Positions 9,548 to 17,525 of a stretch of 64,000 bases of DNA are shown here, in pieces; position 1 is the stretch's first letter; each line of letters opens with the position of its first letter. The translations under genes and the position numbers were made by a program. Below the pieces are notes generated by a model. That model was not told where the DNA came from, did not search any database, and was given only the letters and a program-made list of their open reading frames with translations. The DNA lies in NCBI GenBank assembly GCA_042216675.1, contig JBDGTS010000018.1, positions 1-64,000 on the forward strand. The letters are read 5' to 3'. This DNA is from Halobacteriaceae archaeon (lineage in GTDB: Archaea; Halobacteriota; Halobacteria; Halobacteriales; Halobacteriaceae).

Positions 9548-10612
9548 ATGGTAGAGATAGACATCTACGACTCCACCGGCAACGAGTACACGAGCGGCGA
9601 CACCGGCAGCGGCATCGGCCGGGAGATAGAGGACTACTTCTTCGCGCAAGTCCGCGTGGCGTTCCGGCTCCGCAGCCGCAAACCGGAAATCGTCCTGTTC
9701 TTCCGGGCGCGCGAGCACGCCTCGGGCCGCGCGGAGCAGTTCTACGCGGTCTGTCGGGGTTCGCGCCGGGACGACATGTTCGGGGACTACCTGAGCGCCC
9801 TCCGTCGAACGGTCGAGGACGACCTCGATATGGAGTTCGACACCTCCGGCGACGACATGCGGGTGTTCAACGAGCTCACGGGCGTGCCGCCGCTCCAGAT
9901 GGACAGCTACGAGCGGCGCGCCCTGAGCAAGGCGCTGTCTCGGGGCCACAACGTCGAGTACGGCGTCGGCGACGAGCGGACGGCGCTGGCCCTGCTCAAG
10001 GACGTCATCGCCGAGGACTCCGCGAGCGTCGCCATCAGCGACAAGGGCCGAACGGACGCCCTCGACGACTACGACGTGGTCGCCGAACTCGGGACCTACA
10101 ACGGCATCACGCCCATCGGCGACACGGAGGCGAAACTGGACCGCGTCAAGGAGGACCTCGAAGGCGAACTCGTGGACGCCAAGGTCGAGGAGATTCGCGA
10201 CGCGGTGCAGGACCTCTCGACGAACACGTCCCTGAGCAGGACCCAGATTCGGAACCGCCTCCAGCGGGATATTTCGGTCCTCGGGGACGAGAGCGCACGA
10301 CTGGGCGGCGACGCGAACTCGGGCGGGACGAGTGGCTTCCCCGGCGCCGGGTCGTCGGGGGGAAGTTTCGGAGACGACTCCGACCGGCGGAAGCGCCTGC
10401 TCATCATGGTCGGCGTCGCGCTCTTCGGACTCGCGCTCCTCGCGGCCCTCGTCTACGCGCTGACGATGCTGAACGTCGTTTCGCTCGGCCTCCCGGACTT
10501 CCTGAGTGGGAGCGGCGGGACGGTACCGGCGAACGGGACAGCCACGTCGACGGGAACGACGGCGACGAACACCACCGCGGCCGCACTCGTGGCACTCCTC
10601 TCCTCGCGCTGA
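9548..10612 (+). CDS. Tail-anchored hypothetical protein (third gene of the tubulin/GTPase operon)
   Basis: SD GGAGGT just before the ATG; globular N-terminus, short coiled coil, Gly/Ser linker, RRKR, TM helix, Thr-rich tail. Confidence 0.8.
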   Translation: MVEIDIYDSTGNEYTSGDTGSGIGREIEDYFFAQVRVAFRLRSRKPEIVLFFRAREHASGRAEQFYAVCRGSRRDDMFGDYLSALRRTVEDDLDMEFDTSGDDMRVFNELTGVPPLQMDSYERRALSKALSRGHNVEYGVGDERTALALLKDVIAEDSASVAISDKGRTDALDDYDVVAELGTYNGITPIGDTEAKLDRVKEDLEGELVDAKVEEIRDAVQDLSTNTSLSRTQIRNRLQRDISVLGDESARLGGDANSGGTSGFPGAGSSGGSFGDDSDRRKRLLIMVGVALFGLALLAALVYALTMLNVVSLGLPDFLSGSGGTVPANGTATSTGTTATNTTAAALVALLSSR

Positions 10613-10664
10613 GCCGGCCGCGGGAAGCGCGATATTGAAATGGCGGGTTCCCGTAGCAGGGGGC

Positions 10665-11156
10665 ATGCCGAAGTACTCGACCGGAGGTGGCTCGGAGGGT
10701 GGCGACGGGGACGCCTGCGAGCTGTGTGGCACGACCAGCGACGACCTCCACCGGGCGACAGTCGCCGGCGCGACGCTCTCTGTCTGTGCCGACTGTGCGC
10801 CCCACGACGACACGGAGACGCGAACCACCGACGAGACGACGGACCGCGACCGGCGGGCCGCCCAGAACACCGCCAAAGTCGCCGACGCGGCGACGGGCGA
10901 TTCCACGCACTGGGAGGAGGAAGGCACGGACTACGAGTCCGACCGGCTCCCCTACCTCGTCGCCGACTACGGCGACAGAGTCGAGCGGGCGCGGCAGGGC
11001 GCGGGCTACCAGCGCGACGAACTCGCGGCTGAACTCGACGTCGAGGAGAACGAACTGCTCGCCGTCGAGCAGGGCCGTGCGACGCGGGCCGGCGTCGGGG
11101 GGACCCTGATTCGGACGCTCGAAGACCACCTCGACGTGACCCTCGTCGACGAGTAG
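10665..11156 (+). CDS. Archaeal multiprotein bridging factor 1-like protein (Zn ribbon + HTH)
   Basis: CELCG...CADC zinc ribbon; LVADYGDRVERAR...ELAAEL...VEQG HTH. Confidence 0.85.
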   Translation: MPKYSTGGGSEGGDGDACELCGTTSDDLHRATVAGATLSVCADCAPHDDTETRTTDETTDRDRRAAQNTAKVADAATGDSTHWEEEGTDYESDRLPYLVADYGDRVERARQGAGYQRDELAAELDVEENELLAVEQGRATRAGVGGTLIRTLEDHLDVTLVDE

Positions 11157-11708
11157 ATGCCGACGCGCGAGGAGTACGACGCCGTCGTCTACGACCTCGA
11201 CGGGACGCTCGTGCGCCTGCGCGTCGACTGGGACGCCGTCGCGGCTGACCTCCGGAACATGCTCGTGGACGCGGGCCACGACGCCGAGGGGGACGCGTGG
11301 GACTGTCTCGCCGCGGCAGAGTCGGTGGGGCTGTACGACGCTGCCCACGAGCGAATCGCGGCCCACGAACACGAGGGGGCGCGGGACTCCGTGCGATTGG
11401 CGGTGGCAGACGAGCTACCGACGCTGAACACGGCCGTAGGCGTCTGTTCGCTGAACGCCGAGCGTGCGGTGCGAGCGGCGCTCGACCGCCACGACCTGAC
11501 GCAGTACGTCGACTCTGTCGTAGCCCGAGGAACTATCCCAGAGCGGAAACCGCGCCCCGAACCGCTGTTGCGCGCGGTTCGGGAGTTGGGCGCAGTGCCG
11601 TCGAACGCGCTGTTCGTCGGCGATTCGGCGTCGGACGAGGAGACGGCCCGACGCGCGGGGACTGACTTCGCCTACGTCGGCGACGGGCCGACGGATGTGG
11701 GGCGTTAG
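11157..11708 (+). CDS. HAD-superfamily hydrolase
   Basis: DLDGTLV, SLN, KPRPEP and FVGDS..D motifs. Confidence 0.9.
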   Translation: MPTREEYDAVVYDLDGTLVRLRVDWDAVAADLRNMLVDAGHDAEGDAWDCLAAAESVGLYDAAHERIAAHEHEGARDSVRLAVADELPTLNTAVGVCSLNAERAVRAALDRHDLTQYVDSVVARGTIPERKPRPEPLLRAVRELGAVPSNALFVGDSASDEETARRAGTDFAYVGDGPTDVGR

Positions 11709-11935
11709 CGCCGCCGCGACTCGTAGAGATACACCGCGACGGCTACGAGGAACCAGACGACGGCGCCGACGCGAACCGCGAACGCCGCGCGCGCTTCCCA
11801 CGTCGGAAGCGGGGTGCTCAGCGACAGGAGGCCGACGATGGGGGCCCCGACGGCGATTGTGACGACGAACGTCGTCTGCATCACCCACCCGTAGTCGACG
11901 CCCTCGGGGTCGTGTGTCTCGACGCGTTCAGGCAC
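11705..11935 (-). CDS. Small conserved haloarchaeal 2-TM protein
   Basis: VPERVETHDPEGVDYGWVMQTTF... with two TM helices; GTG start inferred. Confidence 0.7.
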   Translation of the reverse strand: MPERVETHDPEGVDYGWVMQTTFVVTIAVGAPIVGLLSLSTPLPTWEARAAFAVRVGAVVWFLVAVAVYLYESRRR

Positions 11936-12044
11936 GCGAGGTGGGTCAGGCCCGGCGCACCTAAGCCGTGCCGGTTCGCGGGAGTGTGTGAACCGCAATA
12001 CGACCGGCCAGTGGAAATAGAGGGACGTGGCCGCCCCGATAGAC

Positions 12045-12062
12045 CAAAACTTTATATACTAT
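12045..12062 (+). promoter_or_regulatory. Putative BRE/TATA promoter of the Hsp20-like/cdc48 operon
   Basis: CAAAACTTTATATACT about 25-30 nt upstream of ATG 12084. Confidence 0.6.
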
Positions 12063-12083
12063 GGTCGATTACGTATAGTTAGC

Positions 12084-12329
12084 ATGGATAAACAGACCGA
12101 GCAAGGCGACGACGTGGTCTTCGAGCGATACGAGTACGAGGACAGCGTAGTCGTCGCGGCCGATTTCGCGGCCGTTGGTGGCGACGTCACGGTCGACGTC
12201 GTCGACGACACGGCCGTCGTGGTCGTGGACACGAAGCGAGGGACCGTCGAGCGGGACCTGAACCTGCCCGCGGGTGACGCACAAGCGTTTAACAAGAACG
12301 GCGTCGTCAGCGTCGAGGTGGAACGATGA
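12084..12329 (+). CDS. Small Hsp20/alpha-crystallin-like protein upstream of cdc48
   Basis: VVAADF...VTVDVV...[12 protein letters not shown]; 4-nt overlap with cdc48. Confidence 0.75.
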   Translation: MDKQTEQGDDVVFERYEYEDSVVVAADFAAVGGDVTVDVVDDTAVVVVDTKRGTVERDLNLPAGDAQAFNKNGVVSVEVER

Positions 12330-14581
12330 AACTCACGGTCAAGCCGATGAAGCAAAGCGAGGCCGGCCGTGGTCTCGCCGCTATCGACCGCGAGGCGATG
12401 CGCGAACTCGACCTCGAGAACGGCGACTACGTCCTCATCGACGGTCGGGAGGGGCGCGCCGTCGCCCGCGTGTGGCCGGGCTATCCCAGCGACACCGGCG
12501 AGGGCGTCATCCGCATCGACGGCCGTCTCCGACAGGAGGCCGACGTCGGTATCGACGACAAGGTGGACGTCGAGAAGGCGGAGGTGAAGCCCGCCACCTC
12601 GATTACGGTCGCCCTGCCCCAGAACCTCCGCATCCGCGGGGACGTGGCGCCCCACATCCGGGACCGCCTGAGCGGGCGCCCCGTCACGGCTGGCCAGACC
12701 GTCCCGATTTCCTTCGGCTTCGGCGGTCTCGCGGCCGTCTCCGGTCAGCAACTCCCCGTCAAGATTGCCGACACCAACCCCGAGGGGACGGTCGTCGTCA
12801 CCGATTCGACCGAGATTCACCTGAGCGAGCGCCCCGCCGAGGAAATCGGCGGCCCTGACGGCGAGGAGGCCGACACGCCGAGTGTCACCTACGAGGACAT
12901 CGGCGGCCTCGACGACGAACTCGAACAGGTCCGCGAGATGATCGAACTGCCGATGCGGCATCCGGACCTCTTCGAGCAACTCGGCATCGAACCGCCGAAG
13001 GGGGTCCTGCTCCACGGTCCGCCCGGCACCGGGAAGACGCTCATCGCCAAGGCCGTCGCCAGCGAAATCGACGCCCACTTCGAGACCATCTCCGGCCCGG
13101 AGATCATGTCGAAGTACTACGGCGAGAGCGAGGAGCAGCTGCGCGAGGTGTTCGACGACGCCGAGGACAACGCTCCGGCCATCGTCTTCATCGACGAGAT
13201 CGACTCCATCGCGCCCAAGCGCGGCGAAACCTCCGGCGACGTGGAACGCCGGGTCGTCGCCCAACTGCTCAGCCTGATGGACGGCCTCGAAGAGCGTGGC
13301 GACGTCATCGTCATCGGCGCGACGAACCGCGTCGACGCCATCGACCCGGCGCTCCGCCGAGGCGGGCGCTTCGACCGCGAAATCGAAATCGGCGTCCCCG
13401 ACCGCGGGGGCCGCAAGGAAATCCTGCAGGTCCACACCCGCGGGATGCCCCTCGCCGAGGACGTCGACATCGACGAGTTCGCGGAGAACACCCACGGCTT
13501 CGTCGGCGCCGACATCGAGTCGCTCGCCAAGGAGGGCGCGATGAACGCCCTCCGCCGGGTGCGACCCCAGATCGACCTCGAAGCCGAGTCCATCGACGCG
13601 GACGTGCTCGACTCCCTGCAGGTCACCGAGAGCGACCTCAAGGAGGCGATGAAGGGCATCGAACCGTCGGCGCTCCGCGAGGTGTTCGTCGAGGTTCCAG
13701 ACGTGACGTGGAACGAGGTCGGCGGCCTCGGCGACACGAAAGAGCGCCTCCGCGAGACCATCCAGTGGCCCCTCGAGTACGGCGACGTGTTCGAGGCGAT
13801 GGACCTCGAAGCCGCGAAGGGGGTCTTGCTGTACGGCCCGCCGGGCACGGGGAAGACCCTGCTCGCGAAGGCCGTCGCCAACGAGTCCGAGTCCAACTTC
13901 ATCTCGGTGAAGGGGCCGGAACTCCTCGATAAGTACGTCGGGGAGTCCGAGAAGGGGGTCCGCGAGATATTCAGCAAGGCCCGCGAGAACGCCCCGACCG
14001 TCATCTTCTTCGACGAGATAGACGCCATCGCGGGCGAACGCGGGGGCAACACGAGCGACTCCGGCGTCGGCGAACGGGTCGTCTCACAGCTGCTGACGGA
14101 ACTCGACGGCATCGAGGAACTGGAGGACGTGGTCGTCGTCGCGACGACGAACCGACCCGACCTCATCGACTCGGCGCTGCTCCGTCCGGGTCGCCTCGAC
14201 CGGCACATCCACGTGCCGGTGCCCGACGAGGAGGCCCGCCGCGCCATCCTCGACGTCCACACCCGGACGAAGCCCATCGCCGACGACGTGGACCTCGATT
14301 CGCTGGCGCGCCGCACGGACGGCTTCGTCGGCGCGGACCTCGAGTCGCTCGTCCGCGAGGCCACGATGGCCGCGACCCGGGAGTTCATCAATAGCGTCGA
14401 ACCCGAGGAACTCGGGGAGAGCGTGGGCAACGTCCGCGTGAAGGCCGAGCACTTCGAGGAGGCCCTCGACGAAGTCGGCCCGAGCGTCGACGAGGACGTG
14501 CGCCAGCGCTACGAGGACATCGAGGAGACGTTCCAGAAGGCCGAACCCGAAGAGGAGGCAGTCGGTCGGACCTTCCAGTAA
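12326..14581 (+). CDS. cdc48: CDC48/VCP family AAA+ ATPase
   Basis: N domain plus two AAA modules (GPPGTGKT twice, DEID twice, SRH). Confidence 0.97.
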   Translation: MKLTVKPMKQSEAGRGLAAIDREAMRELDLENGDYVLIDGREGRAVARVWPGYPSDTGEGVIRIDGRLRQEADVGIDDKVDVEKAEVKPATSITVALPQNLRIRGDVAPHIRDRLSGRPVTAGQTVPISFGFGGLAAVSGQQLPVKIADTNPEGTVVVTDSTEIHLSERPAEEIGGPDGEEADTPSVTYEDIGGLDDELEQVREMIELPMRHPDLFEQLGIEPPKGVLLHGPPGTGKTLIAKAVASEIDAHFETISGPEIMSKYYGESEEQLREVFDDAEDNAPAIVFIDEIDSIAPKRGETSGDVERRVVAQLLSLMDGLEERGDVIVIGATNRVDAIDPALRRGGRFDREIEIGVPDRGGRKEILQVHTRGMPLAEDVDIDEFAENTHGFVGADIESLAKEGAMNALRRVRPQIDLEAESIDADVLDSLQVTESDLKEAMKGIEPSALREVFVEVPDVTWNEVGGLGDTKERLRETIQWPLEYGDVFEAMDLEAAKGVLLYGPPGTGKTLLAKAVANESESNFISVKGPELLDKYVGESEKGVREIFSKARENAPTVIFFDEIDAIAGERGGNTSDSGVGERVVSQLLTELDGIEELEDVVVVATTNRPDLIDSALLRPGRLDRHIHVPVPDEEARRAILDVHTRTKPIADDVDLDSLARRTDGFVGADLESLVREATMAATREFINSVEPEELGESVGNVRVKAEHFEEALDEVGPSVDEDVRQRYEDIEETFQKAEPEEEAVGRTFQ

Positions 14582-15295
14582 CTACTCCAAGGGTTCCGCC
14601 GCGTCCTGTTTGACCAGCGGAGCCGCGTTTTCGTCCGGCAGCGTGACGACGTCGTCGGTTTCCAGCGTGTAGGTGCGCTGGTCGACACCGAAAATCTCGC
14701 CCACGTCCCGCGTGATGCGGACCGTGGTGCGGGCGTCGTCCGCCCCGTCTTTTTGACCCGCGTCGTCGTCGCCCGCGTCGTCGCCGTCGCCCATCAGGTC
14801 CGCGGCGTCGACGCCGCTTTCGCTCTCGGCCTCGGGTGACGACGGCGGCGCGGAGGACGGGCGCTCGGCGTCGTCGTTCGGTTCGGTGTGTGCCGTCGCG
14901 TCGGTGTCGCCGGCGATGACGTCGAGGACGCGGTGTTTGTTCTGCGTGATGCGGTCCACGAGGTCGCGGTAGAGGTCACGCTCTTCGGCCGTGAGGTTGC
15001 CCTCCTCGCCGCCGCCCATGTCCGCGGCGGCGAAACTTGCCTGCTTGACGACCTTGCCGACGCGGCGCTCGTAGAGGGACTCGGCGATCTGCTCGGCCGT
15101 CTCGATTTCGTCGGAGAGGCGCGTGATGTCCTCCGAGGAGAAGGGGTCGTCCACCGTCTCGGCGAGGTCGGCGCGCGTGGCCTTTCGCTCGCGGATGTAC
15201 TCGGCCACGTCCGCGTAGAAGGAGTCCGGCAACTCCTGCAGGCTGTCGGTCTCCCGTTCGCGGTTCTTGGCGCGTCTGAGGTCGTCGAGATTCAT
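14582..15295 (-). CDS. ginS: GINS complex subunit (Gins15/51)
   Basis: LQELPDSFY...RRVGKVVK...NLTAEE; C-terminal VRITRDVGEIFGVD B-domain; overlaps priS. Confidence 0.9.
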   Translation of the reverse strand: MNLDDLRRAKNRERETDSLQELPDSFYADVAEYIRERKATRADLAETVDDPFSSEDITRLSDEIETAEQIAESLYERRVGKVVKQASFAAADMGGGEEGNLTAEERDLYRDLVDRITQNKHRVLDVIAGDTDATAHTEPNDDAERPSSAPPSSPEAESESGVDAADLMGDGDDAGDDDAGQKDGADDARTTVRITRDVGEIFGVDQRTYTLETDDVVTLPDENAAPLVKQDAAEPLE

Positions 15296-16470
15296 TCCTT
15301 TGCTTTCTCCGCGCGGCCTCTCGCCATGAGAAAGACGGCCGCGTATTCGGGAAGTGACTGAAAGCCGTCCTCGACTGTAAAGGTTTCCCCATCGAACTCC
15401 ACCGGCCCGCCGTCCCCGACATTCACCCGGACCTCCTGTCCCCGGAAGGTGTCGGCCACGGCGTCCGTGAGCGGGTCGAAGTCGTCGAGGTCGGCCGGGT
15501 CGATGCGCCGGACGCCGAGTCCCGTCCCACCGTGGAGGCTCCCCGGGAGGCGGATGAGGCGATTCGTGTCCGTCGTCACGGGTTCGTCGATGTGGGCGTG
15601 GTCGTACTCCGCCGTCTCGGCGGCGACGGTGCGCGCCAGCGAGAACATCGCCGAGTGAACGTCGACGTTCCCCCGCCGGACGGCCTCACGGTTGTTTCGT
15701 GCCGCCGTCAGCGCCGCACGAGCCTTCTTCTCGCCGAACCCCTCGTACTCGGTGAGGCGCGCGACGGCGTCGGCCTCGTCCATCGCCAACAGGTCGTCGA
15801 GCAAGTCGTTCAGTCGCTCAGTGACCCGGCCCCCCCAGCCACCGTCGGCAGGGAGCGTCCGCTTCTCGGCGGGGCTCTGTCTGCCCGCGGTGCCGCCGAC
15901 GAGTTCGCGGTCCAGCACGGCCTCGAAGTCGAGGCCGGTCCCGCGCACGTAGTCCACGATTTCCCGACGTTCCTCGCTTTCGAGGGCGCGCACGTCGGGG
16001 TCGCGGACGTGGACGTGGTAGCCACGGCCCCCCGAGAAAGCGACCGTCAGGTCCTCGAAGCCGAAGTCGTCGCGGAGAAAGTCGAGGAGACGCTTGACCT
16101 CCACCTTGCACGCGGCGAGCATCTCCGCGTAGGAGTCCTCGCCGAGAGTGACCGCCGGCAGGTGGTCGGCGTCGAGGTCGAATACCAAGTCGGAGTCGCG
16201 CCACCCCTTCGCGCCCATCGTGTTGGCGCCGGGGTCCTCGTAGCGGCCCGCGGAGAAGTAGACGTGACGCGGGCGCTCCTCGGCGAGGAACGTGTCCGTG
16301 TCGCCGAGGTCGTGGAGCGAGCGGTGGCGGATCATCGTCGTGTCCGGACCGCTCGTCCACGGGATGTAGCCCCACTCGCGGGCGACGGCGTCCGGCGGAA
16401 GCGTGACTTCGCTCCGCCGGTAGTGGTCGCCGAATCGCCCCCGGAGATACCGGAGCGTCTGCTCGTCCAT
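15292..16470 (-). CDS. priS: DNA primase small subunit
   Basis: LVFDLDAD, FSGGRGYHVH and IDEPVTTD..RLIRLPGSLHG motifs. Confidence 0.97.
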   Translation of the reverse strand: MDEQTLRYLRGRFGDHYRRSEVTLPPDAVAREWGYIPWTSGPDTTMIRHRSLHDLGDTDTFLAEERPRHVYFSAGRYEDPGANTMGAKGWRDSDLVFDLDADHLPAVTLGEDSYAEMLAACKVEVKRLLDFLRDDFGFEDLTVAFSGGRGYHVHVRDPDVRALESEERREIVDYVRGTGLDFEAVLDRELVGGTAGRQSPAEKRTLPADGGWGGRVTERLNDLLDDLLAMDEADAVARLTEYEGFGEKKARAALTAARNNREAVRRGNVDVHSAMFSLARTVAAETAEYDHAHIDEPVTTDTNRLIRLPGSLHGGTGLGVRRIDPADLDDFDPLTDAVADTFRGQEVRVNVGDGGPVEFDGETFTVEDGFQSLPEYAAVFLMARGRAEKAKE

Positions 16471-16508
16471 CGACCGTGGAGAACTCGGTGGACGGCCTTA
16501 ACCCTTGC

Positions 16509-16988
16509 TCACCCGCCCAGCAACTCCGACAGTCGCTCCCGAAGGCTCGCGCCGCCGTCCCCGAGTCGGAGGTAGTAGGCGTCGCCGCCGTCCTGATAGT
16601 AGTTGGAGATGCGGCGCACCTCCTCGAAGCCGAGGTGCTTGTAGAAGCCGAGTGCCTCGTCGTTGGTGGCGCGGGCGTGGCAGGTGACGGTGTCGACGTC
16701 CTCGGCGACGGCGGCGACGAGTCGCTCCCCGAACCCCTCCTCGCGGTAGGCCGGGGCGACGGCGAGAAACAGGATGTAGCCGTCCGTGCGGGCCGCGGCG
16801 AAGCCGATGAGTTCGTCGCCGGCGTGGAAGACGTAGACGCGGGCGCGCCGGTAGGCGCGTTCGAAGAAGTTGCGTCGCTGTTTGAGGACGCCCTCTTCGG
16901 AGCGAATCTGCTCTTTGAGCGTCCAGGCGTCGTCCACCCACGCGTCGTCGCCGCGTTCGACGACTGTCTGTTCGACCTCGAGGCTCAC
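16509..16988 (-). CDS. GNAT N-acetyltransferase
   Basis: LAVAPAYREEGFG, N..ALGFY..LGF and NYYQDGGDA; GTG start inferred. Confidence 0.88.
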   Translation of the reverse strand: MSLEVEQTVVERGDDAWVDDAWTLKEQIRSEEGVLKQRRNFFERAYRRARVYVFHAGDELIGFAAARTDGYILFLAVAPAYREEGFGERLVAAVAEDVDTVTCHARATNDEALGFYKHLGFEEVRRISNYYQDGGDAYYLRLGDGGASLRERLSELLGG

Positions 16989-17069
16989 TGGCTTGCTGTA
17001 ATTCGTCGGTAGATATAATTCCACCGCCGTCGGCGAAAGCGGTTTCCGGGCGGAGTTCCCACCGCAGGC

Positions 17070-17480
17070 GTGGGCTTCGAACTGCGAGAACACACGGCGG
17101 ACGTGGCCGTCGAGGCGGAGGCGGAGACGCTGGGCGGCGTCTTCGCGGCCGTCGCCGACGGTCTCGCGGCCGCGATGTGCGACGAGATTCCCGACGCGGG
17201 CGAGCGCTTCTTTCTCCGGGTGGCCGCCGAGGGACGCGAGGCCGCGCTCTTCGACTACCTCGACGAACTCATCTACGAACGCGACGTGCGCGGCGTCCTC
17301 CCCACCGCCAACGAGGCCACAGTCACCGAGCGCGACGGTGAGTGGGTCGTCGAGGCCAGCGCTCGGGGGGTCCCCCTCGACGCGGTGACGGCGCGCGACG
17401 TGAAGGCCGTCACGTACTCCGAGATGGACCTCGCCGAGACGGACGGCGGCTGGCACGCCTACGTCGTCTTCGACGTGTAG
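17070..17480 (+). CDS. Archease
   Basis: EHTADV...DVKAVTY...VVFDV; immediately upstream of rtcB. Confidence 0.93.
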   Translation: MGFELREHTADVAVEAEAETLGGVFAAVADGLAAAMCDEIPDAGERFFLRVAAEGREAALFDYLDELIYERDVRGVLPTANEATVTERDGEWVVEASARGVPLDAVTARDVKAVTYSEMDLAETDGGWHAYVVFDV

Positions 17481-17525
17481 GCCCGCGTCGTAACCTATTC
17501 CCTCGCCCGCGCCAAACCGGCGTCC

